Positions 49,202 through 61,908 of a stretch of DNA of 64,000 nt are shown here, one piece after another. Under the pieces are notes generated by a model, which made no database searches, had not been told where the DNA came from, and saw only the letters and a program-made list of their open reading frames with translations. Source of the stretch: Malacoraja senta (lineage: Eukaryota); contig CM075991.1 of assembly GCA_038087875.1 (NCBI GenBank), forward strand, positions 12,774,001 through 12,838,000, given 5' to 3'. The position numbers and the translations under genes were made by a program. Numbering within the stretch: the first letter of the stretch is position 1; each line of letters begins with the position of its first letter.

Positions 49202-50205
49202 AAGGCAAGGCAAGGCAAATTTATTAGTATAGCACCATTCGTGCAAACAGCAATTCAAGGTGCTTTACAGGAAAGAAAAAAATAAAATAGTCAATAAATA
49301 AAAATTGCAAAATAAGCAATACGACAAATGTATGAATAATAATAAAACAACGTCAATGAAGCAATAAAACAATTTTTAAAAGCACATAAAAGGGTTAAAA
49401 TTAGACAGTTAAGATGACCTGCATGTCAGGTTATGGAAAAGCTCTAGTAAACAACAGTGTTTTAAGGCCTGATTTAAATGCGCTTACAGTCTGTGTACGT
49501 ACACCTCAGGTGTTCAGGGAGCTTGTTCCACGGGTGTGGAGCATAAAAAGCCAATGCTGCTTCAGCTTTTTTAGTTCTGACCCTGGGAACACAGAGTAAA
49601 CCTGTCCCTGAACACCTGAGGAGTCTAGAGCGCCTCATATACAACAAGTAGGTCACAGATGTATTTTGGACCTAGACCATTCAGTGCCTTATAGGTCAGT
49701 AACAGAATTTTACAATCTATCCTCTTACACACAGGGAGCCAGTGCAAAGATTTAAGGACAGGTGTAATGTGGTCCATTTTATTGGTGTTGGTCAAGACTC
49801 TGGCAGCAGCATTTTGGATAAGCTGCAGTTGTTTAATTGATTTTTTATTGAGACCTGTAAAGATGCCATTACAATAATCTAACCTAAAAATATATGCATC
49901 AACAAGTTTTACAGTGTCTTCTTTGGACAGAAATCCCTTGATTCTTGCAATATTTTTTAGATGGTAATAGGCAGATCTGGTAATGGTCTTTATATGGCTT
50001 TTAAAATTCAAATCCGAGTCCATAACTACACCAAGGTTTCTGGCTTTGTCTGTGGTTTTCAGTGCAATTGAGTCGAGTTGCGCACTCACCTCTAGCCTTG
50101 TTATTTTGGGACCAAAGACAATAATTTGTGTCTTATTTGCATTGAGCTGGAGGAAGTTCTGGTTCATCCACTCATTGATATGTTTGGCACATTGGCTCAG
50201 TGAAT
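49202..50205 (-). mobile_element. L2-clade LINE 3' portion in GGCX intron 8
   Basis: ORF 49625-50167: NFLQLNANKTQ...NLGVVMDSDL...RLDYCN...LQLIQNAAARVL...HITPVLKSLHWLPV; (ccttg)n tail at 49202-49218. Confidence 0.9.
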
Positions 50206-50241
50206 GTCGGTCTCACGCCTGCCTGTCCCTCCTTGTCACAG

Positions 50242-50373
50242 GGATACAATAACTGGACCAATGGACTCTACGGATACTCCTGGGACATGATGGTTCATTC
50301 CCGATCTCACCAACATGTGAAGATAACCTACAAGGATGGAGTAACGGGAGAGATCGGCTACCTCAACCCTGGT
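50242..50373 (+). CDS. GGCX: GGCX exon 9
   Basis: [44 protein letters not shown], the most conserved GGCX block. Confidence 0.97.
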
Positions 50374-51038
50374 GTGAGTTGCAACTCCCTCTGAGTGGGA
50401 CCAGGAGGAGGCCACTCGGCCCCTGCTGTTCCTTCTGTCTCTACAATCTGTTCCATTAGTTTAAGTATGCATGGTGTCATAATGAAAGTGTATGTGGAGT
50501 AATACAACGTCGGTAGCTATTGGAAACTGGCGTTTGGACCGTTTACAGGGATGGCGTGACCTCTTGAGTAATCTGTCTGTCTGTTAGAGATGTTATCATT
50601 CAGAATAAACTGGTGCGATCAGTGCAGAGAGCTGGGCGCGTCAATGTGCTAATTGGAGGAACAGCATCTTACAACCAAGCAGTATGGATATTGAAGGTAG
50701 ACAAAAATGCTGGCGAAACTCAGCGGGTGAGGCAGCATCTATGGAGCGAAGGAATGGGTGACATTTCAGGAAACCCTTCTTCAGTATGAATATTGACTTC
50801 TCTAACTTCAAGTAACCCTTGCTCACCCTCTCTCTCCATCCCTCCCCCACCCTAGTTCTCCGACCAGTCTGACTGTCCCTCTGATTACGTCACCCATTGC
50901 TTCTCTCCAGAGATGTTTATCTAAGATATATCCAAGTGCTGATGTATGGTGATCCGTACTAAACTGTAAACCAACATGAATTTCTCAGTGGCTCGGCACT
51001 CAGTGACAAACAATGTACCAATGTTGCTCCTGGCGCAG

Positions 51039-51189
51039 GTGTGGACCAGAGCCGCCGGTGGGAAGGACCACGCGGACATGCTGAAACAATATTCGGGCTG
51101 CCTGGCCCAGGAACTGCACAGATACAACATCGTTGACCCGAGATCTACTTTGACATCTGGGTGTCGATAAACGACAGGTTTCAGCAGAG
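51039..51189 (+). CDS. GGCX: GGCX exon 10 (three apparent 1-nt indels, net -1)
   Basis: VWT/QSRRW/KDHADMLKQYSGCLAQELHRYNIVD/EIYFDIWVSINDRFQQR distributed over two frames. Confidence 0.88.
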
Positions 51190-51412
51190 GTGAGAGCACG
51201 GGCCGGTAACGGGACCAGATGTGGGGAAAGTCTCAGCGGGTCGGGGCAGCATCTGTGGAAAGAGAAACACTTAATGTTTGGGGATGGGTTACCGCCCCTT
51301 GCCTTGGCATGAAGGCTCTGGTCTGTTTGTGGGGGTGGGCTTGGTCGTCAGCGCTGCCCCCTTGACTGACCACTTGGTCCACAGCAAACTGACCGCCAGT
51401 CCCTGTTGCCAG

Positions 51413-51582
51413 GCTCTTTGACCCCCGTGTGGACGTGGTGAAGGCGGACTGGTCCCCCTTCAGGAAGACGTCGTGGCTGATGCCGCTGCTCGTTAACCTC
51501 TCACCCTGGAGGCTGAAGTTCGAAGAGATCGAGAAAACTTTGGACAATCAGACTGACGTGGTTTTCATTGCAGACTTTCCAG
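51413..51582 (+). CDS. GGCX: GGCX exon 11
   Basis: [33 protein letters not shown]...[10 protein letters not shown]. Confidence 0.95.
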
Positions 51583-51995
51583 GTCAGTCCGCTGCTGGGG
51601 GGAGGGTTAACTGGAGAGTTTAGAGATAAACAGGCCCTTCGGCCCATCGAGTCCGTGCCGACCAGCGATCCCCGCACACTAACACCACCTACACACACTG
51701 GGGACAATTTACACTTACACCAAGACAATTAACCTACAAACCTGTACGTCTTTGGAGTGTGGTAGGAAACCGGAGCACCCGGAGAAAACCCACGCAGGTC
51801 ACGGGGAGAACGTACATTCAGCACCCGTAGTCAGGATCGAACCCGGGTCTCCGGCGCTGTGAGGCAGCAACTCTACCGCTGCGCCACCCATTTTGTTTAA
51901 ATTTGTGAGATCTACCATCTTTGTTGGGTGAGGTGCCAGGGTCCTTGTAGAACAATCCCATGCTCCACAGTCACGTCTCAGTCTCTATCTTGAAG

Positions 51996-52126
51996 GGCTT
52001 CACCTGGAGAACTTTGTGAGTGAGGACCTGGGTAATACAAGCATCCAGGTGCTACAGGGAGAGCTGGCCGTGGAGATCCTAGCCGACAAGAAGAACTTCA
52101 GCCTGAAGGAGGGCGAGAAGATGCAG
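51996..52126 (+). CDS. GGCX: GGCX exon 12
   Basis: [44 protein letters not shown]; |gtaaga. Confidence 0.95.
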
Positions 52127-52159
52127 GTAAGAAGCCAGGTGATCAATGACACAGGTGAT

Positions 52160-52800
52160 CAATGACACTCCATCTACACCTCACGCTGCCTCGGCAACAC
52201 CAGCAGCCCAGACCATCACACAACCAACCTCCCCTCCACTGACTCCATCTACACCTCACGCTGCCTCGGCAACACCAGCAGCCCAGACCATCACAGGCAC
52301 AAACCAACCTCCCTTCCACTGACTCCATCTACACCTCACGCTGCCTCGGCAACACCAGCAGCCCAGACCATCACAGGCACAAACCAACCTCCCTTCCCCT
52401 GACTCCATCTACACCTCACGATGCCTCGGCAAGGCCAGCAGCATCAAGGACAGTCTCACCCCCGGTCACTCCCTCTTCCCCCCTCTCTCGTCGGGCAAGA
52501 GGTACAGAAGTGTGAAAACTCACACCTCCAGATTCAGGGACAGTTTCTTCCCGGGCTGTTATCAGGCAACTGAACCGTCCTCTCACCAACTAGAGAGTGG
52601 TCCTGAACTACTATCTATCTTGCTGGAGGCCCTGCGTCAATCTCCGATTGGACTTTACCTTGCACTAAACGTTATTCCCTTATCATGTATCTGTACACTT
52701 TAAATGAATCGAGTTGTAATCATGTATTGTCTTTCCGTTGAGTGGTTAGCTCGCAACAAAAGCTTTTCCTGTACCTCGGTACACGTGACAATAAACTGAT
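52160..52800 (+). mobile_element. Rex1/Babar-like LINE 3' end with an internally triplicated 76-79 bp segment
   Basis: gactccatctacacctcacgctgcctcggcaa.. repeated 3-4 times, then the same 3' UTR as the 22976-23300 element. Confidence 0.75.
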
Positions 52801-53837
52801 CTAAGCTCCAGCTGGGTGGAATCTAGGACGTTTTACCAAGTCACCGTAATGGGAAATTGTTCAAGGTGCAGAATTTGGGCAGTTCTGGTTGCCCGGCTAC
52901 AGAAAGGTTGTACTTCTGGAGTAACTCAGCGGGTCAAGCAGCATCTCCGGAGAACATGGATAGGTGGTGTTTCAGGTTGGGACCTTTCTTCAGTCTAAAG
53001 AAGGGTCCCGACCTGAAATGTTCTCCAGAGAAGCTGCCTGACTCGCTGGGTTACTCCCAGCACTCTGGGTCTTTTTTTTGTGTGAAGCAGCATCTACAGT
53101 TCATTCTGTCTACATCATCTCTGTCTGGTCGCACTAGACTAGTTTTTACACTATTATGGTTGCCTAGCAACAGTTATTAATCTATTGTATTTTTGATTAT
53201 TGTATATTATCTGTGTTGTTGCCTGTTCAGCTGCAGCAAGGAAGAATGTCTCTGTTCCATCATTGATACCTGTGTCAACAGCACCTCATATTTCACTTGG
53301 GCAGCTTATACCCAGCGGTATGAATATTGACTTCTCTAACTTCAAGTAACCCTTCCTTCCCTCCTCCCCCTTCCAATTCTCGATCAGTCCGACTGTCCCC
53401 GATTACATTTTATCATTGAAAGCCTCGTTGTCACCCTCTCCAAGCTAACAATGATTTATTTATTGCGCATTTTCCTTGATATTCATCCTGTTAGAAGTCT
53501 CGTTTTCACCCCTCCCCCTCCCATATCTCTGTGATTCCCTCTACCCTGTCTGAAGAAGGGTCTCAACCCGAAATGCAACCCATTCCTTCTCTCCAGAGAT
53601 GCTGCCTGACCCGCTGAGTTACTCCAGCATTTTGTGTCTATCTTTTGACTTAAATTCTCCACCCAATGAGATTGTGGGTGCTGAGGGTATCTAAAACAGA
53701 GCCTAATAGAGGGAATGAGGAGGTGAGAAGGAGTTCATCGATGATGTTGCTGAACGAGGGGGGCGGAGTGAGTTGGTGAAGGGTCTGGTCTGTGGTGGTG
53801 ACAGAACAAGCTGTGGTGACTGTGTGTTACGTTGCAG

Positions 53838-53985
53838 CTTCCAGCTGGTGATTACCACCATGTATACACCACTTCTGAACAGCCGTCCTGTTACATGTAC
53901 ATCTACGTCAACACGACAATGGTGCAGTTCGAAGAGAAATACACACGTTTTGTGGAGCTTCAGGAGAAGATTAAGAACGGAACGG
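53838..53985 (+). CDS. GGCX: GGCX exon 13
   Basis: LPAGDYHHVYTTSEQPSCYMYIYVNTT...LQEKIKNGT; |gtaagt. Confidence 0.95.
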
Positions 53986-54407
53986 GTAAGTGTAGGGCAA
54001 CAGACCCCTTTGTGAGGAAACCCACGCGGTCACAGGAGAACATGCAAACTCCACATGATCGGGTCTCTGGAGCTGCGAGACAGCGATTCTACCCACTGTA
54101 GGCACTGGTGGCACAAGAAACTGCAGATGCTGGGATCTTGAGCAAAACACAAAGTGCTGGAGGAAGTGGAGCGGCACCGTTGGGCAGCGGGTAGAGCTGC
54201 TGCCTCACAGCTCCAGAGACACAGGTTCGATCCTGACTTCGGGTGCTGTCTGTGCGGAGTTTGCACGTTCTCCCTGTGACCGCGTGGGTCTGTTGACAGA
54301 GAACGTTTTGGGTCAAGACCCTTCTTTGGACTTTCCTTCAGAAGATGGAGCAGTAATGTTAAAGCCTGTGGAAGCCACCTAAAGCATCATGGATGCAACC
54401 GTGGTCA

Positions 54408-54872
54408 TCTTAATTCCCAGGATGGCAGGACTGACGTATGATGAAAGAATGGGTCGACTGGGTTTGTATTTGCTGGAATTTAGGATGAGAAGGGATCTTA
54501 TAGAAACATATAAAATTCTTAGAGGATTGGACAGGGTAGATGCAGGGAAAAATGTTCCCGATGTTGGGGGAATCCAGAACCAGAGGTCACAGTTAAGAAT
54601 AAGGGTTAGGCCATTTAGGACTGAGATGAGGAAAAACTTTTTCACCCAGAGAGTTGTGAATCTGTGGAATTCTCTGCCACAGAAGGCAGTGGAGGCCAAT
54701 TCACTGGATGTTTTCAAGAGAGTTAGATTTAGCTCTTAGGGCTAACGGAATCAAGAGATATGGGGAGAAAGTAGGAACGGGGTACTGATTCTGGATGATC
54801 AGCCATGATCATATTGAATGGCGGTGCTGGCTCGAAGGGCTGAATGGCCTGCTCCTGCACCTATTTTCTATG
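54408..54872 (+). mobile_element. CR1 LINE 3' fragment
   Basis: LIPRMAGLTYDERMGRLGLYLLEFR..DLIETYKIL...RKNFFTQRVVNLWNSLP plus 3' UTR. Confidence 0.88.
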
Positions 54873-55011
54873 CTTCAGTCTCCTCTCTCAGTGATATTGT
54901 TACAGTTCCCGTGCAGCGTCACCTGGGCTCAGCTTCTGATATTTAAATCTCTTCCTTTTATTATTTCCAAGCACTTTGTCATTTGTAATCGTCTCTCGTG
55001 TCGCCCGTCAG

Positions 55012-55206
55012 AAACGGAAGACATTTCGCCCGAGCTGCAGACGGTGTTGAACGGACAGTGGAGAATATCAACATTACAGACCCCACCTTGGCTGCCTTTG
55101 TGCGGCGGCAGAGGAAGCAGGAGGAATACGCGAGGAGGAGGAACTCAACTACGCTGGAGAGATTCACCAGATTCGCTAAACGAAAACACTTCATCTTTCG
55201 AAGGAG
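55012..55206 (+). CDS. GGCX: GGCX exon 14 (apparent -1 at about 55054)
   Basis: ETEDISPELQTVLN, then TVENINITDPTLAAFVRRQRKQEEYARRRNSTTLERFTRFAKRKHFIFRR in another frame. Confidence 0.85.
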
Positions 55207-55613
55207 GTAGGTCTTTCCAGCAGCTCCTGCCACCCATTTAAAAACCTAGGAGCCCAATGGCACAGCTTGTAGATACCCTGATCAACAGCTCCAGAGACCC
55301 AGGTTCAACCCTGACCTCGGGTGCTGTCTGCGTGGAGTTTTCACGTTCTCCCCGTAGGTTGAATCTGGGCAGGTCATGAATCGATTGAATAAAAATGGGT
55401 TGGAGTAAGATTGGAGGTCAGCATAGATTCAGTGGGCTGAAGGGCCTGTTTGGTTTCTTCCCATTGGGCCCTACGTACCTGGTCAGCTAAGATCACAGGC
55501 TCTGACTATCTGACTAATGATATTTAATCATTAATGTGTGCATTAGAGAACCTCTTGGTTGGTGTTTCCAGCTAATCACAAACCTCCCATCTCTTCATCC
55601 TAACCCACTCCAG

Positions 55614-55767
55614 CTTTCTGATGACCAGCTACGCACTGAGGAACCTTCTCTTCGGCCGACCTCCCGTGGAGCAGCTTGTTGAAGAGTTTGAGTATGCGTC
55701 CATGAAGTTTGCTGAGAACATAGATCGTGAATCTCAGATGAAGACAGAAGACCATGTGGAACTGTGA
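55614..55767 (+). CDS. GGCX: GGCX last exon
   Basis: ctccag|C FLMTSYALRNLLFGRPPVEQLVEEFEYASMKFAENIDRESQMKTEDHVEL*; AATAAA at 56027-56032. Confidence 0.93.
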
Positions 55768-56145
55768 GAGTGCTACTGCCTTAAAGCATCGCTGACTATG
55801 GCCCACACAGCCACCTGAACTGGATAGGTTGTTTGTGAAAACCTGTTTCTTTTTCAGTTCAGTGTCGTAGCTGCATGGGATCCGGTTTGTAAAAAAACAA
55901 ACAAATCAATCTTTAAAGATTGGAATTAAATTTCACACTAAGTGCTGAGGGACCAATTTAAATATTTTCCCGAAGGATTATTGAGACACCATGAAAGAAT
56001 TATGCTTGACGTTAGATTTTCTATCAAATAAAAGCACTGCAATGCTTACTATTTCTCAAATCCTTCCACTGGCCATTTTCTTTGCCTAATTTGATGGTTG
56101 CAACCTACAGACCTTTATATCTCATACAGGTCTGAGGTCTGTATG

Positions 56146-56509
56146 CAGGGGCCGCGGAACGTTTTTGAAAGTGGGGGGGCTGAGCACCGGCCTCTCGGGG
56201 CCCCCACCCTCCCTTCCGTTCTGTGGCCATTCACAGCGCTATGTTCACTGCCCCATATCTCGACTGAACCGCGCTGTGATTGCCAGTTCAGCTGAGCGGA
56301 GGGAGGGTTTTGCGGGGCAGTCGGTTTCCACCACGGCTGGTCGTGGTTTTGCCGCGCTCACTGTGCACTTGACCTGAGATTCTGGATGTCAGAGGTCCTC
56401 GGAAGAAGAGAAAAGTACGCCTGCGGGCCAGATAATTTCGGGTTATGAAGCATGTCTCGCCAAAAAAAAGTTGAGGAGCTGCAGCCCCTCCCCGGTTCCG
56501 CGGCCCATG
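56146..56509. mobile_element. Non-autonomous DNA transposon-like element (hAT-like CAGGG termini)
   Basis: 15-bp TIRs with one mismatch: caggggccgcggaac / gttccgcggcccatg; CpG-rich interior; no clear TSD. Confidence 0.6.
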
Positions 56510-59500
56510 GACTATGTGATATGAGGCACGGCGGTAGAGTTGCTGCCTTACAGCGCCGGAGTCCCAACCACTAGTGTTGTCTGTACGGGGTTTGTACATC
56601 CCCCCCGTAACCTGCGTGGGTTTCCTCCAACACTCCAAAGACGTACAGGTTTGTAGGTTAATTGGTTTGGTATAAATGTAAAAATTGTCCTTAGTGTGTG
56701 TAGGATAGTGTTAATGTGCGGGGATCGCTGGTCGGTGTGAACTCGGTGGGCCGAAGGGCCTGTTTCCGCGATGTATCTCTAAGTCAGAATGAAACATTCT
56801 ACCACTTATCCACGCACGAGGGCCAATAGCCTGTTAACCAGGTCCTAAATAATAGATCTATTATTATTGATGTAAGCACAGCTGCCTGTTTCTAAGGAAA
56901 GTTTGAGAAAATGAATGTAGACTTTCAAATCCAATGCATTTCCCGTTTCTATTCCCACCTCATTTAAAATCATGAACATAACCCCTGTGATTTGGGAAGT
57001 TTAGGTTTTACAGTCGTTTTTTTGCACACGTACAGATAACCCTCGCTATAATGGACCATGGGACCCATATTCTCAAATAGCTGGAGTTCTGTTTGATCAA
57101 CTTCGGGCAGGGGTGGGAGGCTGAATCTAATTTGGCCGAGGGTTTAGCTTTGAAAATAGGTGCTCAAAGAATTGGAAGAGCTAGATGAAAATGGAGCAGG
57201 AAATGGCCCAGCTCTTGCCAGGACTAGATTGAAAGTGTGCTTAATATAGGTTCACTCTGCATTCACCATTGTAGGTGCCATAATTTGTGAAGAGTCGATG
57301 TTTCAAGTCGATGACCAATAATCAAAACCAGAAGGTACACAAAAATGCTGGAGAAACTCAGCGGGTGCAGCAGCATCTATGGAGCGAAGGAAATAGGTAA
57401 CGTTTCGGGCCGAAACCCTTCTTCAGACCCAGTTCGGGTTAGAAGTTGGATTCATGGTAGGGTTGTGAGGATAGTATAAATTGTCTGGAATGTAGTACTT
57501 CTATTTGCTCTCATTCTGCCGTTAATCCACATCACCAGTCAACGAGATCAGATAGGGATAGCATTATCTATAGATTGGAGGATGCACAGTAGACATCCTG
57601 TTTTCATAATAGGGGAAGCCAAGGATGGATTCTAATGTAGACGTGAATTTTAAAACTATAGTATCACGTGGAAATACAAGAAAATTGACGGAAGGCCAAG
57701 AGAGTATTAGAATGGTCAAGGTGAGAACATTCACAAACAAGATGCAGGCAACACTACCACTTAATATCCCTGCTGGGAGTCCCAATGTGCTATTGGGTAG
57801 GAAGAGCTAAGGTTTATGAAGGGGATTGGGGAATATTTGCAAGTCAGCATTGGGTGCGACTTGCAGGGTAGTCGGCAGGGGGCGGTAGAGGTTGTGGATT
57901 TGGGAGTTGCTGTCAGAACAGCCTAGCTAAGTTAAGTGTATTCTGTGGATAGAATAAATGTGTTGATGGACAGTATCTCGGAATTGTTCTCATGATTTCA
58001 AGATCCCTCAATGTTCAGAACTGCATACAAACCAGACACGCGGAGAATATTCCGTTACAATCCATATGTGATCTTCAGATGGTGAGGAAGAGTTTGGAGT
58101 GGGGTCAGTCACTTACTACACGACTGAATTTCATTGTCCTATCACGGACACATAACAATAAACTCTCTTGAATCTTGACAAGTCTGGTAAATACAATAGG
58201 TATGTGGCTGATCATGCATTAATTTGGTCTAGTGGTGCCTTTTGAGGTCCAAGGGAGATAAATGTAGAAACAAGGAACTGCAGATGCTGGTTTACCAAGG
58301 AAAAACAAATGCTGGAATAGGTGTCCTGACACAAAACATCACCTAACCATGCTCTCCAGGGTTGCTGCCTGACCCGCTGAGTTACTCTAGCACTGTTGAA
58401 CGTCAGCTAACCATGTTCTGCAGGGTTGCTGCCTGACCAGGTTACTCCTGCAGTCTTTGCTATGCCGACTGCCTTGCTCGTGTTGGGAGAATGTTCCCTT
58501 TACATCACCCAAGTCTTGATGTAGGCATAGCTTGCAAATAATTCTGTTGAAGCTGGTTTTGGAACACAAACCCTGAGCACTAGTTCTTGGTGTCTTGTAA
58601 TTTACTGTAATCTATGTACAGCCATTATTTCACATCATTGGCTGCTGTATTGGTGCAAACATCCGTGTTGTGAATTATCTTAAATTTGGAACATGGTGAA
58701 AATGGACACAATGCAACCGTTTGCATTCTTATTGTCACCATCATTGATGATGGGAATGCTCTAGAACTTTTTTTTGTTATAATATCCATCACTGAAAACA
58801 CTTTCCAGTCCTTGGAGCTCATTCTATGGAAATCTTCCCCGCAGTGTCAAAATGTTGTACATTTCAATTAAATCTTATTCCAAATTCCAGTGAACAGTCA
58901 AGTTAACGGCATTTCTCTTCATGGGCCTGTTCCACCACGCCAGCTGAATCTTCATTGCACTCCATCTATGGCAAGTATATCCTTGCTTGGATAAGACCAA
59001 AACTCTGCATTATGCCGGCTGCAATCTCATCAAAGTTGAGCATTACAGTAAGATATACTCACTCTTGCAGTGAAAACTAAGGTATCATTTGCCGCCATTA
59101 CTAATGGTCCTATGTGCAATGCTTGTATTCAGTGACTGTTCAAGGTTGCTCTGCCCTTTGGTACTTCCAAATGCCACCATGTCACCAGATGATTTGGTAC
59201 CAAAGCGAATAACCTCATGTTTGGCATATTCAATGCCAGCTGTGGCTTCTTGAATCATTACATGTGCATCTACAAAGCAAATCTGCTGTAGTAATACCAT
59301 GTTAGAGCAGCCTAATTATCCATGTGCACAATTGTAAGTTTCCACTTAAATTGTAGGATGGACTTTATTGTATCAGAATATTGAAGCAGAGTTAAGTACA
59401 TCTATATTTTTAAATTGTGATAAGTTACTGGTCAATGAAGTGGCTTTGTTGAAACAAAGAGCTGCAGATGTTGGCTAACACACAAAGAGCTGGAATCTAA

Positions 59501-61711
59501 CAGCAGCATCTCTGGAGAACATGGATAGGTGACTTAAGTGCCTTTGTTTCTACTTAAAAGTATGCACATAAATGTAAATCTTGTTTGTGGAGTGTATTTT
59601 TTTAAAATACCTGTCCCTTTGTTGCAACTGAAGGTTTCAGTTAGTTATTCTGCTGGTAAATAGTTTGGTCTGGAATTGGCAGGCATTAAAGAATGACTTA
59701 AAATGGGAGCAGATGAGATAATTCAATGTGGTGCAGCAGAGGCAAGATATTGCAGAACCTACACCAGGATTCAGGTAGAGCCAATAATCTTTCCCAATAA
59801 TGATATGCAGTTGGGTATATAGTATTGTAAAGCTAGGGTGGAAGTGACTAGAGAAGCCAGGTTTAGAGGGGTCATGCTTGAAATGTCAAATATATGGGCA
59901 TCAATTTAAGGTGAGATGGTGAAAGTTCAATGGGGAGTTTTTAATCCAGAGAGGATTCTGGGAGGAAGCTGATGCATTGGCAACATTTGAGAAGGGTGGA
60001 GGGATATAAACCACATGCAGGCAGACAGAATGAGTTCAAATTGGAAATGTGGTCAACACAGAGCGTGGGTCTAAGAGTCTATTACTGTGCTGTACTCAAG
60101 TTCCTATTCAATATTTTCAAAACCTAAATCTAAACCCAAGAACCAGAGACATAGGTTGAAGGTGAGGGGAAAGGGAACCTGACGTGCATCTTTTCCCAGA
60201 GGGTGGTTGGCCTATGGACCAAGCTGCCAGAGGTACTGTAACATGTCAAAGATATTTGGACAGGTACATGGATAGGAAAGGTTTCTCCTTATGAGGGATA
60301 TGAGCCAGACAGGCAGGTGGGACCCATCTCAGTGTTGTATTATTATTGTTGAGTGTGAGTCGAAGGGTCCTTTCCTGTACTGTTCTATGCACACACCTAA
60401 TCTCTAACCACCATAATCTTTGCCTAGGTGTGCCTTGTTTTCATTATGCAATGTTTAGTCTGCTACCCTGATGTCTCAGACTCTGAAACTTAGCTCTTTT
60501 ATATAGAACTAGAATAAAGTCACATTAGTGACAAAATTCATAAAGCTGGAGATGTTGGAAAACAAAATGTTAAAATACCACAGGTTAGACATCGGTTACT
60601 GTTTTTCCTCTCATCCACGAACAATCAAAGGTTAGCAGTAGAATGGCACTGTTGAAACACACAGAATGGTAGTTGGCTGGGTTGGATCCATTATACTTTT
60701 ACACCATCGGTTTCCAGCATTAGCTAATACTAATGGAACTGATTGGCTTTTCCCTGAGCACAAGGTTGTAGACACCATAGAATACATTTCTTGACGGAAA
60801 TGAATTAGCTGAAGATAATCATTAGTAGTTTGTCTTGCCTATCATTTGTACCAGATAGTATTCATAGAACTCTCTCCACATTTTTTAACCATCTACTGCA
60901 ATTAATAGCTAAATAAATCTCAACCTATAATGCATGTCTAAGCTGATTCAGCATTGTAAATCTGTCAAATCGCTGGACTTGACATGGGAGAGGGGCTGTA
61001 ACAAGTCCTGTGCGGGACTGATGGGTGGGCAGTGCCTGCAGCCATCAACAGGTGCTGCCCCTTTACCATCTCACCCACATCTGATCTCCAAGGACAGACA
61101 TATCAACGAGGAAACTCCATCTTGACTTTGGTTGGAGATGCAAAGATCACCTCTCGCTCGCTCTAAGCCTAAACAATACAATTTGCTTTAATAGAAAATG
61201 GAATTGTTCTACAAAGCAAGTAAGCCGTTGTAGGAAGGAAATGCAAACTTGTGTTTACTGATAATTTAGTGCTCCTCTACACCAATTGAAATATAAACTT
61301 GAAATGGAAAGCAGTCAGGAATGAATTGAGGTTTTGTTGAAGGCTTATTCTGACAATTCAGCTAGACTTCAAGATATCACACTAACAGTGCCCAAAGGCT
61401 CTGAACACAAGGTCCATATAAAGCCCCGCTTAACAGTTAGCATCAGTTGCTAGGGAAATTGTGGGCAAACATACGCAATGTTTAATCAACGAAGCATTAA
61501 GCTGGCAGTTCCTACTTCAGGAACACACACACACACACTAGTACAGAAGATGCAAGGCCTGGACTTTGGCCCTCAACTGATTCAGGATCAACTAGGATTC
61601 AGCAGCACCAGTGTTAAACTTACCCACTCAGCTTCAAGTAGAACTTTGCAGCTGTTGTAATAAGGAAGATGCAGACACACAAATGAGTAGTTTATATGGA
61701 GAACCTAGCAC

Positions 61712-61717
61712 TTTATT
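61712..61717 (-). terminator. Probable MAT2A polyadenylation signal
   Basis: AATAAA on the minus strand about 100 nt after the last hairpin. Confidence 0.7.
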
Positions 61718-61819
61718 GAGATCTTAGAATTTGGACTTCTGACAGCAGACATACGTAATAACTGCTAAGTTACAAAAAGGCACTTGCCGATCACAGCAGT
61801 GGCAGAGAGCATGTAAACA

Positions 61820-61846
61820 GGCTAGCTTCTCTGTACAACACTAGCC
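61820..61846 (-). promoter_or_regulatory. MAT2A 3' UTR METTL16 hairpin (most distal)
   Basis: GGCUAG-UGUUG-UACAGAGAA-G-CUAGCC; nonamer at 61827-61835. Confidence 0.9.
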
Positions 61847-61908
61847 AAGAGGCACTCACCAACTGCTGGACACGCCTGCCCCTGTGTTTAACACCAGCCA
61901 GACCCCTT

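Noticed and set aside
55756..55764. GGCX C-terminal HVEL as a novel ER-retrieval signal
   Set aside because: A KDEL-like ending is unsurprising for an ER protein with a luminal C-terminus; not evidence of anything new.
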